NCBI GenBank assembly: GCA_024679065.1
Contig: JAGIQG010000001.1
Location: 153,698,001-153,762,000 of the forward strand
From: Sphyrna mokarran
Taxonomy: Eukaryota
Length of the DNA: 64,000 nt
Reading direction: 5' to 3'
Below the pieces are notes generated by a model, which was not told the DNA's origin, did no database searches, and saw only the letters and a program-made list of their open reading frames with translations. The translations under genes and the position numbers were made by a program. Positions within the stretch are counted from its first letter, which is position 1. Each line of letters begins with the position of its first letter. Positions 37,175 through 49,609 of this stretch are shown piece after piece.

Positions 37175-40100
37175 ACTGCTGGTGTGTTGCTTGCCTGGTG
37201 CCGGGGTTAAGGACATCTCTGAGCTATTGCAGGAAATTCTTAAGGGTAAGGGTGAACAGCTGGAGGTTGTTGTGCATACTAGTGCCAATGACATAAGTAG
37301 GAAAATGGGTGAGATCCTGAAATGTGAATATAGAGTTAGGCAGAAGGCTAAAGTGCAGGACCTTGAAGGTAGTAATTTCAGGAAACTACTGGTGCCACAT
37401 GCTACTGAGAGTAGGATTAGGAAGATTAGGCAGATGAATGTGTGGCTTGAGAGCTGGTGCAGGGGGCAGGGATTTAGATTTTTGGATCATTGGGATCTTT
37501 TCTGGGGAAGGGCTGACCTATTCAAGAGGGATGGGTTACACCCTGGAGGGGCTAACATCCTGGCAGAGAGATTTGCTAGAGCCATTCGGGAAGAGTTAAA
37601 GTAGTTTGGGGGGTGTGGGGATGAGATCCAAACCAGTAGGGAGACAGAAGAGAAGTTTCAGAACAGCATAGAAGTCAAAGAGAGTGCATTAAGTAGTAAA
37701 GGCAGTGTCAATAATCCTCATACCAGACAGATCAGATCAAACAGAAGCAAGACAGAGAGCAAAGGAAGTCCAGATTAAACTGCATTTATTTCAATGCAAG
37801 AGGCCTGATGGGTTTTCAAGGCAGATGAACTCAGGGCATTGATGGGTACGTGGGACTGGGATATTATAACAATTACTGAAACATGGCTAAGGAACGACAG
37901 GACTGGCAGTTTAGTGTTCCAGGATACAGATGCTATAGGAAAGATAGAACAGGAGGGACGAGAGGAGGGGAAATTGCACTTTTGATTAAGGAAAGCATCA
38001 CGGCCATACTGAGAGGGAATATATCAGAAGGTTCGGCCACTGAGTCTATATCAGTAGAACTGAGAAATAAGAAGGGAGAAATCACTTTGATGGGGTTGTA
38101 CTATAGGCCTCCAAATAGTCAGCGGGAATTTAGGAGCAAATATATAAGGAGATTACAGATAGCTCCATTGATTGGGACAGCCGTAGTATTAGAGGGTCAG
38201 ATGGAGAGAAATTTGTTGATTTTGTATTCAGGAGGAATTTCTCATTCAATGTATGGATGGCCCAACTAGAGAAGGGGCAAAACTTGACCTTCTCTTGGGA
38301 AATAAGATAGAGCAGGTGACAGAAGTGTAGCAAGGGATCACTTTGGGACCAGTGACTATAATTCCTTTAGTTTTAAGATAGCTATGGAGAATGATAGGTC
38401 TGGCCCAAAAGTTAAAATTCTAAATTGAGGAAAGGCCAATTTTGATGCTATCAGGCAGGAACTTTCAAAAGTTAACTGGGGGAATATGTGGGAAGGCAAA
38501 GGGATGTTTGGTAAGTGGCATGCTTTCAAAAGTGCGTTAACCAGGGTTCAGGGTAAACACATTCCTCTTAGAGTGAAGGGCAAAGCTGGCAGAAGTAGGG
38601 AATCCTGGATGACTTGGGATATTGAGGTCCTTGTCAAGAAGAAGAAAGAAGCACATTACATGCAGAGGTAGGTGGGATCAAGTGAATCCCTTGAAGAAGT
38701 AGGGGGTGTAGGAGTAGAGATAAGAAAGAAATCAGGAGAGCAAAAAGGGACTCAAGATTGTTTTTGCAGTCAAGGCAAAGAAGAATCCAAAAATTTCCTA
38801 CAAATACATAAAGGGCAAAAGAGTAACAAGGGAGAGAGTAGGGCCTCTTAAGGATCAACAAGGTCATCTATGTGTGGATCTACAAGAGATGGGTGAAATC
38901 CTAAATGAATATTTTTCATTAGTATTTACTGTTGAGAAAAGCATGGATGTTAGGGAACTTGGAGAAATAAATAGTGATGTCTGGAGGAGTGTACATATTA
39001 CAGAGAAAGAGCTGCTGGAAATCTTAAAACACATCAAGATAGATATATCCTTGGGACCTGACCAAGTGTATCCCAGGATGTTGTGGAAGGCTAAAGAAGA
39101 AATTGCGGATCTCCTAGCTAAGATATTTGAATCATGGATAGTCACGGGTGAGGTGCCTGAAGATTGGAGAGTGACAAATGTTGTGCCTTTGTTTAGAAAG
39201 GGCTGCAGGGAAAAGGGTGGGAACTACAGGCCAGTGAGCCTCACATCTGTGGTATGTAAGTTGTTGGAAGGTATTTTGAGAGACACGATGTACAGGCATT
39301 TAGAGACGCAAAGACTAATTAGGGACAGTCAGCATGGCTTTGTGAGTAGAAAATCATGTTTCACAAATTTGATTGAGTTTTTTGAAGGGGTAACCAAGAA
39401 GGTAGATGAGAGCAACGTAGTTGATGTTGTCTACATGGTCTTTAGCGATACCTTTGACAAAGTACCAGATGGTAGGTTGTTGCATAAATCTCACGGGATT
39501 CAGGGTGATGTATCTAAATGGATACAAAATTGGCTTCTTGACAGAAGCCAGAGGGTGGTTGTAGAGTTGTTTTTCAAACTGGAGGCCTGTGATCAGAGAT
39601 GTGCGTCTGGGATCAGTGCTGGGTCCACTGTTATTTGTCATTTATATTAATGATTTGGATGAGAATATAGGAGGCATGATTAGTAAGTTTGCAGATAACA
39701 CTAAGATTAGTGGCATAGTGGACAATGAAGAAAATTATCTCCAATTACAACAGGATCTCCATCAATTAGGCCAATGGCCTGATGAATGGCAGATAGAATT
39801 TAATTTAGATAAATGCCAGGTGATGCATTTTGGTAGATTGAACCAGGGCAGACTTACTCAGTTAATGATAGGGAGTTGGGGAGAGTTACAAAACAAAGAG
39901 ATCTAGGGGTACATGTTCATAGCTCCTTAAATGAGAGGTGAAGAAGGCATTCGGCATGCTTGAATTCATTGGTCAGGACATTGAATGCAGGCGTTGGAAT
40001 GTCTTTTTGAAGTTTACAAGACATTGGTAAGGCCACACTTGGAAAACTGTGTACAATTCTGGTCACTTTATTATAGAAACGATATTATTAAACTAGAAAG

Positions 40101-40592
40101 AGTGCAGAAAAGATTTACTAGGATGCTACTGGGACTTGATGGATTGAATTTTAAGGACAGGTTGAATAGACTGGGACTTTTTTCTCTGAAGCGTAGGAGG
40201 CTGAGAGGTGATCTTATAGAGGTCTACAAAATAATGCGGGGCATAGATAAAGTAGACAGTCAATATCTTTTCCCAAAGATAGGGGGGTCTAAAACTAGAG
40301 GGCATAGGTTTAAGGTGAGAGGGGAAAGATAGAAAAGTGTCCAGAGGGGCAATTTTTTCAAACAGAGGATGTTGAGTGTCTGGAACAAACTGCCAGAGGT
40401 GGTAGTAGAGGTAGGTACAATTTTGTCTTTTAAAAGCATTTAAATAGTTACATAGGTATGATGAGTATAGATGGATATGAGTCAAATGTGGGTAATTGGG
40501 ATTAGCTTAGGGGTTTAAAAAAAAGGGAGACATGGACAAGTTGGGCTGAAGGGCCTGTTTTCATGTTGTAAACCTCTGTGACTCTGTGACTG
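37175..40592 (+). mobile_element. CR1 LINE with ORF1 C-terminal SGNH-esterase-like domain and decayed ORF2
   Basis: ORF 37182-37604 has CCLPGA..VVVHTSAND..WLESWC..GFRFLDHW..DGLHP. ORF2 motifs YFNAR, YRPP, YRPVSLTS, LGPLLF, with many stops; (CTCTGTGA)n tail. Confidence 0.95.
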
Positions 40593-40599
40593 TATTACT

Positions 40600-40970
40600 G
40601 TTGCAGTCTCTCCACATAATTGAAGGCCTCCAATCTGGCACCATTCTGATCAATCATTTCTGCACCCTCTACAAGGCCCTAGCCTCCTTCCTAAAGCGTG
40701 GTGTTCAGAATTAAAGTACTACAGCTGAAACCCAACCATGGTTTAGCGTAACTTACTTGCTTTTCAGCTGTATTCCTCTATTAATAAAAGCAAGGATCAC
40801 ATTTGTCTTTAAAAACCACCTCCTTAAATTGTCTTGCCACTTTCAAAGATTCAAAGTGCTAGGTTTCTCAGTTCCTGCATTTTAAAGGGGTTCCTCGCTA
40901 TTCCGGAGTTTATTACTCAACGCTTGTTTGTAATAACTTTCATCTGCCACGTATCTGCCTATTTCTTGCC
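40600..40970 (-). mobile_element. Old CR1 fragment, continuation of the host element
   Basis: CAGTCTCTCCACATAA..TTCTGCACCCTCT continues 37050-37172; TTCATCTGCCA (reverse: WQMK). Confidence 0.7.
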
Positions 40971-41741
40971 ACCCAGCGGCAGAAGTCTCCAGTTTAGGTC
41001 CCTCTAATGGAAGGATTCTCCTTCACTACATTGGCGACCTGGGTGGAGAGCAGCGCATGCAGCAGCTCCATACATACAACCATTAATTGCACAGGTTCAC
41101 AGGCCCTTTTACACAGTCTACGAACCATGTCTGCGTTCCATATTATGGGCTTATTATATAAGAAATCTTTTATTGATGTTCTGTTTGCTCTTCATTCCCA
41201 TATTCCTGATTTACGGACACCCAGTGTGGAGGGAAACGGGGAAGTTGGAGGACTTCCTTGCTCCTGGGCCTGGCCAAACTCGCCAAGAACAGGTCCAGGC
41301 TGCAGGCAAACAAGGAGGTTGTCGGACCTGATTGTCTGTCTCTCTGCTGCATTTCCGGAGAGGGAGCATGTGGAGTCCATGGGCACCATTGAGGGTTTCC
41401 GTGCCTTGTGGGCCCCACAGGTGCTGAGGTGTAAAGGTTAAGTTTATTTATTTATTAGTCACAAATAGGTTTACATTAACACTGCAATGAAGTTACTATG
41501 AAAATCCTCTGGTGCCACACTCTGGCTTGTGTCTGTTCTGACCTTTTTAATCACATTTTGGTTTGATGTTTTAAATTTCCTTCACACTTTGTCTTTTGTC
41601 TTGGGTGGTTCCCTTCTTTTAGAGGGCTGCCTTTCTTGTTTTGTCCCTGAGTTTGTTTGATTTACTTTATTTGGTTTGGCCATAAAGAAATTGTTTGCCC
41701 ATTTTTATTTTTATTAGTCCGTGCCTGTCATTGTGGGCAGG

Positions 41742-41742
<1 letters not shown>

Positions 41743-41777
<35 letters not shown>
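41743..41777. repeat. (CA)n microsatellite
   Basis: About 17 CA units. Confidence 0.95.
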
Positions 41778-41779
<2 letters not shown>

Positions 41780-41999
41780 CACCCCCACCACCACTGTGTG
41801 TTTCTCAATGGCGGGAGATGGCCTGACATTGGCTGAAAGTAGGATCTTCTGGCCCTGAATTTCCCAATGAGTTCACCTCCTGCTACTGGGAAACCTGTGG
41901 CGGGAGTGCACCATCAGCAGGACCGGAAGACCCCGCTAGCAGAAAGGGTGGAGAAATCCCACCCAACATTTTTGAGTTTTACATCATCTTCAACCTTTT

Positions 42000-43000
42000 A
42001 AATTATGCTCCATGTACCCAAGTCTAGATACTATCAAAAAATCAGTGGTCCAAGCGTCAACCCCCAGCGAACATATCTGTATACTTTTCTCCAGGCTGAG
42101 AAACAACCATTCTCCTCTACTCTCTGTTTTCTGTCCATTATCCAATCAAGTATTTAAAAGATTGACAGTCATCAAAACAGGAAGGTCACTTGGAATTTAT
42201 CATAGGTTACTGAAAAAGGTGAGATGGAAATTGTAGCACCTCTGGTCACAATCTTTTAATCCTTCTTGGACATAAGAGTGATGCCAAGGGTCTGGAGGAT
42301 TGCAACAATTTACACCTGTTCAAAAAAAAGAACAATCAACCCAGCAAATACAGTCAGTTTGATGTCAATGATGGAAAAGTGTTTAGAGCCAACAAATTGG
42401 AACAAATTAAATTGCATTTGGAAAGCTTTGGCTAATAGCTAATATTGACTCTGCTCCTTTAATCCCATGGCTTTAATTTTGTGATACTTTGTCAAATGTT
42501 TTTTGAAAGTCCATCTTCACAGCATCCATTGAACTACCCTCATCTACATCCATCATTACTTCTTCAAAGAACTTGATCAAGTTACTCAGGTTCTAACCTG
42601 ATCTAAAAATTCTTCTGATGCTTTCGTCTATTAGCCAAAACTTTTGAAATGCAATTTAATTTTGTTCCAGTTTGTTGACTCTAAACACTTTTCCATCATT
42701 GACATTAAACTGACTGTACTTGCTGGGTTGATTGCCCTCCCTTTTTTTGAACAGGTAGATAATAGTTGCAATCCTCCAGTCCCTTGACATCACCCTTATG
42801 TCTAAGGAGGATTAAAAGATTGTGGCTAAAGATATTACAATTTCCATCTCATCTTCTTCAGTAACTTATGATAAATCCCAAGTGACCTTTCTGTTTTGAT
42901 GACTGTCAATCTTTTAACTACTTCCTCTTTTGTTCATACTAATATCACTACTGTCTCCTCCTTTATTGTTATGTTAACAACGTTTTATTCTCTTACGAAG
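42000..43000. mobile_element. Decayed CR1 RT fragments in both orientations
   Basis: Plus-strand CTGGAGGATTGCAA (WRIA) at about 42295; minus-strand TTGCAATCCTCCAGT at about 42770 and GATACTTTGTCAAATG (reverse: FDKVS). Confidence 0.65.
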
Positions 43001-43009
43001 AGTCATTTA

Positions 43010-43325
43010 GAATCATAGAATCCCTACAGTGCAGAAGTAGGCCATTCGACCCATCGAGTCTGCACCAACCATAATCCCACCCATAGGACCTATTCCCCTA
43101 ACTCCACATACTTACCCTGTTAATCCCATGACACCAGGGTCAATTTATTATGGCCAATCAATCTAACCTGCACATCTTTGGACTGGGGAGGAATACGGAG
43201 CATCCGAAGGAAATCCACGTAGACACTGGAAGAATGTGCACATTCCACACAGACAGTGACCCCAGGCCAGAATTAAACCCCGGTCCTTGGAGCTGTGAGG
43301 CAGCAGTTCAAACCACCGTGCCATC
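43010..43325 (-). mobile_element. HE1-type V-SINE
   Basis: Head, V domain and CTGCACTGTAGGGATTCTATGATTCTA tail on the reverse strand. Confidence 0.88.
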
Positions 43326-43376
43326 CCAATTTTTGTTTTGACTTTGACCCCAACTGTACTATCTGCTTTCACAACA

Positions 43377-43506
43377 TATGATGTGGAGTTGCTGGCATTG
43401 GATTGAGGTAGGCACAGTAAGTAGTCTCACAACACCAGGTTAAAATCCAACAGATTTATTTGGTAGCACAAGCTTTCGAAGTGTCGCTTCTTCATCAAGT
43501 GAGTGT
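43377..43506 (-). mobile_element. Penelope-derived pLTR fragment with minimal hammerhead ribozyme motif
   Basis: Reverse CAC-TTGATGA-A-GAAG-CGACA-CTTC-GAAA-GCTT-GTG, followed by AAATAAA and the shared terminus. Confidence 0.75.
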
Positions 43507-43989
43507 TTCACAAGATAATCACTCTTTTAGTTCCTCACCTGCTCCACTTTCCTTTGAGTTCCATTTTATTATCTATGTGTTTGTATAAAACTTCTGAGAT
43601 TCCTTTTATGTTAGTCATTAATCTATTTTTTTCAGATCTCATCTATACTTTTTGTATTCAGCTTAGTTCCCTATTATAATATAAAGTGTACAATTGTCAA
43701 GGCCTCCTTCTTCTGATCTAAATTTATTCATATTAATCACCGAGAGAACTTTAGTTTAGGAGGCCTTTACCTTTGTCCCTCATAAGAATGTATCTATTTT
43801 TGACTAGCAGCATCTTCTCTTTGAAGTCTTTCCATTGTTCACTTATTGTTTTGCTTGATCTATCCTGAGAGTCTCTGCAAGCAGCCTAATGTTCATCCTT
43901 TAGATGGTCAAGCTATTTCTGGACACTTCACAGGCAAGGTGAGCCCCCAGCCTTTTCGCTGGTGCTTGCATTTTCTGAACAATTGTGAT

Positions 43990-44420
43990 TAGAGTTATAG
44001 AGTCATAGAGGTTTACAGCATGGAAACAGGCCCTTTGGCCCAACTTGTCCATGCCACCCAGTTTTTACCACAAGCTAGTTCCAATTGCCTGCATTTGGCC
44101 ATATCCCTCTCTACCATCTTACTCATGTAACTGTCTAAATATTTTTTAAAAGACAAAATTGTACCCACTACTACCAGACACTCACCATTCTCCGTGTGAA
44201 AAAACTGCCCTTCTGGATTCTTATGTATCTCTCCCCCTCGCCTCAACCTATGCCCTCTAGTTTAGACTCCCCTAGATTTGGGAAAAAATGTTGACTATAC
44301 ACCTTCTGTATGGCCCAAATTACATTATACACCTCTCTAATTTCACTCCTAAGCCTCCTATACTCCACAGAAAGAAGTTGCAGTCTATCCAACCTCTCCT
44401 TATAACTCAAACCATCAAGT
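43990..44420 (-). mobile_element. CR1 3' end
   Basis: (AGAGTCAT)-type tail and ACAGGCCCTTTGGCCCAACTTGTCCATG; same terminus type as 40500-40592. Confidence 0.85.
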
Positions 44421-44890
44421 CATATGTTCAAAAATTATGTTTTCAAAAGTAGGCCATAACCAATCTCTATTGCACTGTTTATTTCCATTTGCTTCCATAA
44501 TCTTGGAGGTGTCGAATGACTAGGCGGGACATAAAAACAATCTGGTCCACTGCCACCGACACAAAGTATTCCCCATTCAGGGTATTTTTCCAGGTGCTGA
44601 TCACTGCTTGTGTTTACCCTGTTTAGAGCCATGGAATTATTGCAGAAGGATGTCATTGAGCCCATCGAGTCCATACCAGCCCCCCATAGAGCAACCCAGT
44701 CAGTCCCATTTCCCCACTGTAGCCCTGCAAGTCTATTTCTTTGAATTGCCTAAACAGTTTCCTGTTGAAAACATCCAACATCTCCACTTCCGCCATCCTT
44801 GTTAGCAGTGAGTTCCGGGTCATTACCACTCACTGTGTACAGCCATCCTTCCTCTTATTCCCCCTGCATGTCTTGCCCACAATCTTAAAT
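44340..44890 (+). repeat. Local duplication, copy 1 (about 550 bp)
   Basis: Near-identical to 45909-46460 (offset 1569); paired ORFs 44435/46004 and 44608/46177. Confidence 0.95.
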
Positions 44891-45567
44891 CTATATCCCC
44901 TATTACTTGTATCATCAACCAATGGAAATGGCTTTCCTTTGTCAACATTATCTCAACCTATCATAATCCCATTAATCCTGTACACCCATACATTTTCATT
45001 GTGTTTGCTTTTATTAATACATGCAGCTTTGTATTTCACTGGGAAATCTTGTATGTGTTTCTAGATCAAGTGGGCAGGAAGTTGTTTCATTTTTCCAGTC
45101 TTGTGTGAAATGGAAAATTGTCAGTTAAACTTGAGATTACACAGATTAAATAAATACTGTTGTTAGAAAAATAAATTGTCATGCAATACTTGGCGAGGAC
45201 CACAAGGTGTCAGTAGATGCAAAATTGAAAACTGAAATAAAGTATTGGTCCCAAATTTCAGCTTGAGGGCAGTTTTTAGCCAAGGTGAATTTGGTGTCAG
45301 TTCAGAATTCACCCACTACAACTAAACATAGACCCTGTGTTATTTTAACTTCCAAACCATACTATAATCTCACTTGTGGGTTTTCCCAATCAATTCACTG
45401 AACTCTGAAAATGCTGTCTACTTCAAACTACAATTCCTGACAGATCGTGCTAAAGTCTATTTAAAGCAGGGATGCACTTCTTCAAATGAGGTTGCATTCC
45501 CTTTTACAAGACCTTACATAATAACCAACATTGTTCATGGCCTTTTCCTTGCTTCATACTCCACACA

Positions 45568-45896
45568 ACTTGGCACAGTTAGCACTGCTGCCTCACAGCT
45601 CCAGGGACCTGGGTTCAATTCCTGGTTTGGGTCACTGTCTGTGTGGAGTTTGCACGTTCTCCCTGATCTGCGTATGTTTCCTCCTGGTGTTCCAGTTTTC
45701 TACCCAACATCCAAAGATGTGCGGGTTAGGTTGATTGGCCATGCTAAATTGCCTCTTAGTATTCCTGGGATATGTAGGTTAGAGGGATTAGCAGGATAAA
45801 TGTGTGAGGTTGTGGGATAGGGCTTAGGGTGGGATTGTTGTTGGCGCAGACTTGATGGGCCAAATGGCTTCCTTCTGCACCGTGAGGTTTCTATGA
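45568..45896 (+). mobile_element. HE1-type V-SINE
   Basis: GGCACAGTTAGCACTGCTGCCTCACAG, GGTTCAATTCC B box, V domain, CR1 tail. Confidence 0.9.
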
Positions 45897-45908
45897 CAAC
45901 TGTTTTCT

Positions 45909-46460
45909 ATTTCACTCCTAAGCCTCGTACACTCCACAGAAAGAAGTCCCAGTCTATCCAACCTCTCCTTATAACTCAAACCATCAAGTCATATGTTCAA
46001 AAATTATATTTTCAAAAGTAGGCCATAACCAATCTCTATTACACTGTTTATTTCCATTTGCTTCCATAATCTTGGAGGTGGCAAATGACTAGGCGGGACA
46101 TAAAAACAATCTGGTCCACTGCCACTGACACAAAGTATTCCCCATTCAGGGTATTTTTCCAGGTGCTGATCACTGCTTGTGTTTACCCTGTTTAGAGCCA
46201 TGGAATTATTGCAGAAGGATGTCATTGAGCCCATCGGGTCCATACCAGCCCTCCATAGAGCAACCCAGTCAGTCCCATTTCCCCACTGTAGCCCTGCAAG
46301 TCTATTTCTTTGAATTGCCTAAACAGTTTCCTGTTGAAAACATCCAACATCTCCACTTCCGCCATCCTTGTTAGCAGTGAGTTCCGGGTCATTACCACTC
46401 AGTGTGTACAGCCATCCTTCCTCTTATTCCCCCTGCATCTTTTGTCCACAATCTTAAATC
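45909..46460 (+). repeat. Local duplication, copy 2
   Basis: About 15 substitutions relative to copy 1, counted by eye. Confidence 0.95.
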
Positions 46461-46789
46461 TTCATCCCATGTCCATCTTGATTGTCCAACTTCTCTCTCA
46501 GAGTCTGAACAACAGTCAAGAGCTTCATGCTTTTGAATCCTCCTTTGTATGAGAGACTCACTAACCCTTCCTCTCTCTCTGTTGGACATGATAGTGCACA
46601 ATAGTAAGGAGAGGACAATGATTGGAGGGGATCACTTGGCCCAGTGGAGCGGTGACTCTGTCAGGATCGGAGCTGATGGTTAGTGCACCTGTCATGAGCT
46701 TCAAGAAATATATGAACATGCAGATTGACTGCATCATATGATAGTGGCTAGTCATTAGTCCCCACTCTCTCAGTGTCATGGAAACACCA

Positions 46790-47285
46790 GTCATAGCGTC
46801 ATAGAGGTATATAGTACAGAAAAAGGCCCTTTAGCCCATCTCATCTGCACCAGTGAAAGACCCACCTACCTATTCTAATCCCATTTCTCAGCACCTACTC
46901 CATAGCCTTGTATGCCTTGTGGGTGCAGATCTAAATACTGCTTCAATGTTACAAAGATTTCTGCCTTCACCTGCAGTTCAGACAGTGGGTTCCAGACTCC
47001 CACTCCCTTTGTGTAAAGAGGTTTTCCTCACATCCTCTCTGAACCTCTTGCTCCTTATCTTAAATTTATGCCCCCTGGTCATTTATCCCTCCATCAAGGG
47101 AAATAAAAATCTTCCTGGCTGCTTTATTTATACCTTGCCGAATTTTATACAACCCAATCATATCCCTTCTCAGTCTCCTCTGATCCGAGAAAAACAAGCC
47201 CAGTCTATCAGTCCCTCTTCATAACCAAAACTCTTCAGCTCAGGCAACATCTTAGGAAATCTTCTCTGCAGCTTTCCAGTGCTAA
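46790..47285 (-). mobile_element. CR1 3' end
   Basis: GTCATAG tail, AAGGCCCTTTAGCCC, and TTAAATTTATGCCCCCTGGT (reverse: TRGHKFK). Confidence 0.8.
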
Positions 47286-47441
47286 ATGCTCCCCCACTAA
47301 TACTTCAACCGCAAGTCTGGCTTTGTTACCTAAAACTAAGTCCAGGCTGCCTCCTTTCTTGTAGCAACTTCTATGTACGGACTTAAAAAGTTCTCCTAGA
47401 TGCATTTTAAGAATTACATTCCCTCTAAACCTTCAACACTA

Positions 47442-47855
47442 TGACACTGTTTCACTGTGATACTGACTGTAAAGACACCATTCCCACACTAATGACACTG
47501 ACTGTGAGGATACCATTCCCACACTGAGTCACTGTGACACTGACTGTGAGGATACCATTCCCACACTGCGTCACTGTGACACTGACTGTGAGGATACCAT
47601 TCCCACACTGCGTCACTGTGACACTGACTGTGAGGATACCATTCCCACACTGCGTCACTGTGACACTGACTGTGAGGATACCATTCCCACACTGCGTCAC
47701 TGTGACACTGACTGTGAGGATACCATTCCCACACTGCGTCACTGTGATACTGACTGTGAAGATACCATTCCCACACTGCGTCACTGTGACACTGACTGTG
47801 AGGATACCATTCCCACTCTGCGTCACTGTGACATTGACTGTGGGGGTACCATTCG
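47442..47855. repeat. Minisatellite, 42-bp unit GTCACTGTGACACTGACTGTGAGGATACCATTCCCACACTGC, about 9-10 copies
   Basis: Direct periodicity with identical central copies; 14-aa repeats in the ORF track. Confidence 0.97.
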
Positions 47856-48199
47856 CAGTCTTGTTTGTCTTCCCTCAGGTCATTCCCTATAGCCACTGCC
47901 TCTTGAAGCAGATTCCACAGAGCAGGAGAACCCTTCTGAGGATGCATCATCATTTGCTCTATGAGTCCCAAACATGTGAACAGAAGTTGACACCAGTGGC
48001 AAATATATATCCGCCTGCAGTCAGATGGCAGGTGGAGGACCAAGAACCTTTTTGCTTTATAAGTGGGCTTTGCTGAGGTGGTTTAACTGAGCCAGCTCAT
48101 TGATATCCCGCTTCCAGGTTTCTTGACTGATCACAGAGTGCCGGTATTATGACAAACTGCACTATATCAATGAAGGATCTGTATTTAAAGCTGCCCCGG

Positions 48200-48520
48200 C
48201 AGCAATAAGAATGGTGTAGGAAAGCTCAGTGTGGAAGCTTGCGGAGATAAGGAAATGGAAAGAGGATTTGGGAAGGCTGTCCCTAGTTCTCGCACTCTTC
48301 CCTGGAAGCAATGAGGGTCAAAAGAGGCAGGCTGATTGCTCTGGATGAAAGCCAGAGATGAGCCAACCAAACCAAACAGGCAAGGCTAGAAGCTGTGAGA
48401 CCATGTTAGTCAGCCATTGGCTTAGAAGTTATGTGGCTGTGAGCAGGAGGAGTCTGGAGCTGAGGACCTGGATACACTGTCAGAAAAGATTTAACCATCT
48501 CATTCTATCACTCTGTCTGG
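48200..48520 (+). mobile_element. Remnant of Myb/SANT-like (Harbinger accessory) gene
   Basis: Translation ..VSRRSLELRTWIHCQKRFNHL resembles the trihelix R(S/T)WxQCxKR(F/W)xxL motif; upstream part is frameshifted. Confidence 0.45.
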
Positions 48521-48932
48521 TGACATCCATCACCTTGTGACTTTCCCAGCATTTCTCATGCACAGCACTTCTCTGACCCACACACCTCACAGCTCCACAC
48601 TTCACTCTGTCTCCAACAACTCTTCAAATTTCTGTCTGAACAGCTGCTGCTTACGTTCACTCAAATCCTACTGCACTCCTACTCCAAACCCTCATGATCA
48701 CCCTCTGCAAATGTTCTTATTCCAAACCCGACAGTCATTTCATCTGCCAACTGTGATTAAATGTATTTCTGGAGGTTTCATCACATGACTTGTCCCCACA
48801 TTCCAGCCATCAGTTAACACATCAATCCTTGTGACATCCTGCGCCAATTGGAAAGCAAAAGGACTCTGTCCCAGTTTGGATGGAAAAAAAATAAATATAT
48901 AAATCTCCATTAGTCCTGACTACTTTTTAATA

Positions 48933-49225
48933 TTGGCAGAATGGTTAGCACCGCTGCCTCACGGCACCAGGAATGCAGGTTTGAGTGCTGGTTTGGGTCA
49001 CTGTCTGTGTGGAGTTTGCATGTTCTCCCCATATCAGAGTGGGTTTCCTCCAGGTGCTCCGGTTTCCTCCGGCAGTCCAAAAAACATGCTGGTTAGGTGC
49101 ATTGACCATGCTAATTTCTCCCTCAGTGTACCTGAACAGGTGCCGAGTCTGGCAACTAGGGGATTTTCGGAGTAACTTCATTACAGTGTTAACGTAAGCC
49201 TACTGTGATGCCAATAAATAAACTG
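48933..49225 (+). mobile_element. V-SINE with alternative (non-CR1) tail
   Basis: Same head and V domain as HE1, but tail ACTAGGGGATTTT..AGTAACTTCATT.CAGTGTTAA.GTAAGCCTACT..AATAAATAAA. Confidence 0.85.
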
Positions 49226-49609
49226 TAAAATGGACAATCACAGGCTCTAGCTGATCACGTGCTGGCTGAAAGTGAACAAAGGTTGGCAGTTTCCACTTCT
49301 TGTAACGTAACACTCCTTGCATTAGGTCTCCACCGTTTATTGCTAGCATGTTCCTGTAAAGGGAAATTATCCATTGTATACAATGTGAGTTATGATGGTC
49401 ATTGCGTGTATGTACAGTCCAGCTTTAAAATAGCAATTGGAATATGAGACAGCCAACGTAAGTAGGAACCGTAGTGAAATTATCATGATTGAGAGAAACA
49501 CACTAGTACATCTACACTTAACGTTAACATTTATGAGAAAAATGGAAAAAGAAGCTGTAAATTACTGTTCCTATTTTTGTATTTTCTGAGCATTCGTGGA
49601 GTCACATGT

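Noticed and set aside
47442-47855. RAG recombination signal array (CACAGTG heptamer in each unit, minus strand)
   Set aside because: No ACAAAAACC-like nonamer at 12- or 23-bp spacing and no V/D/J segments.
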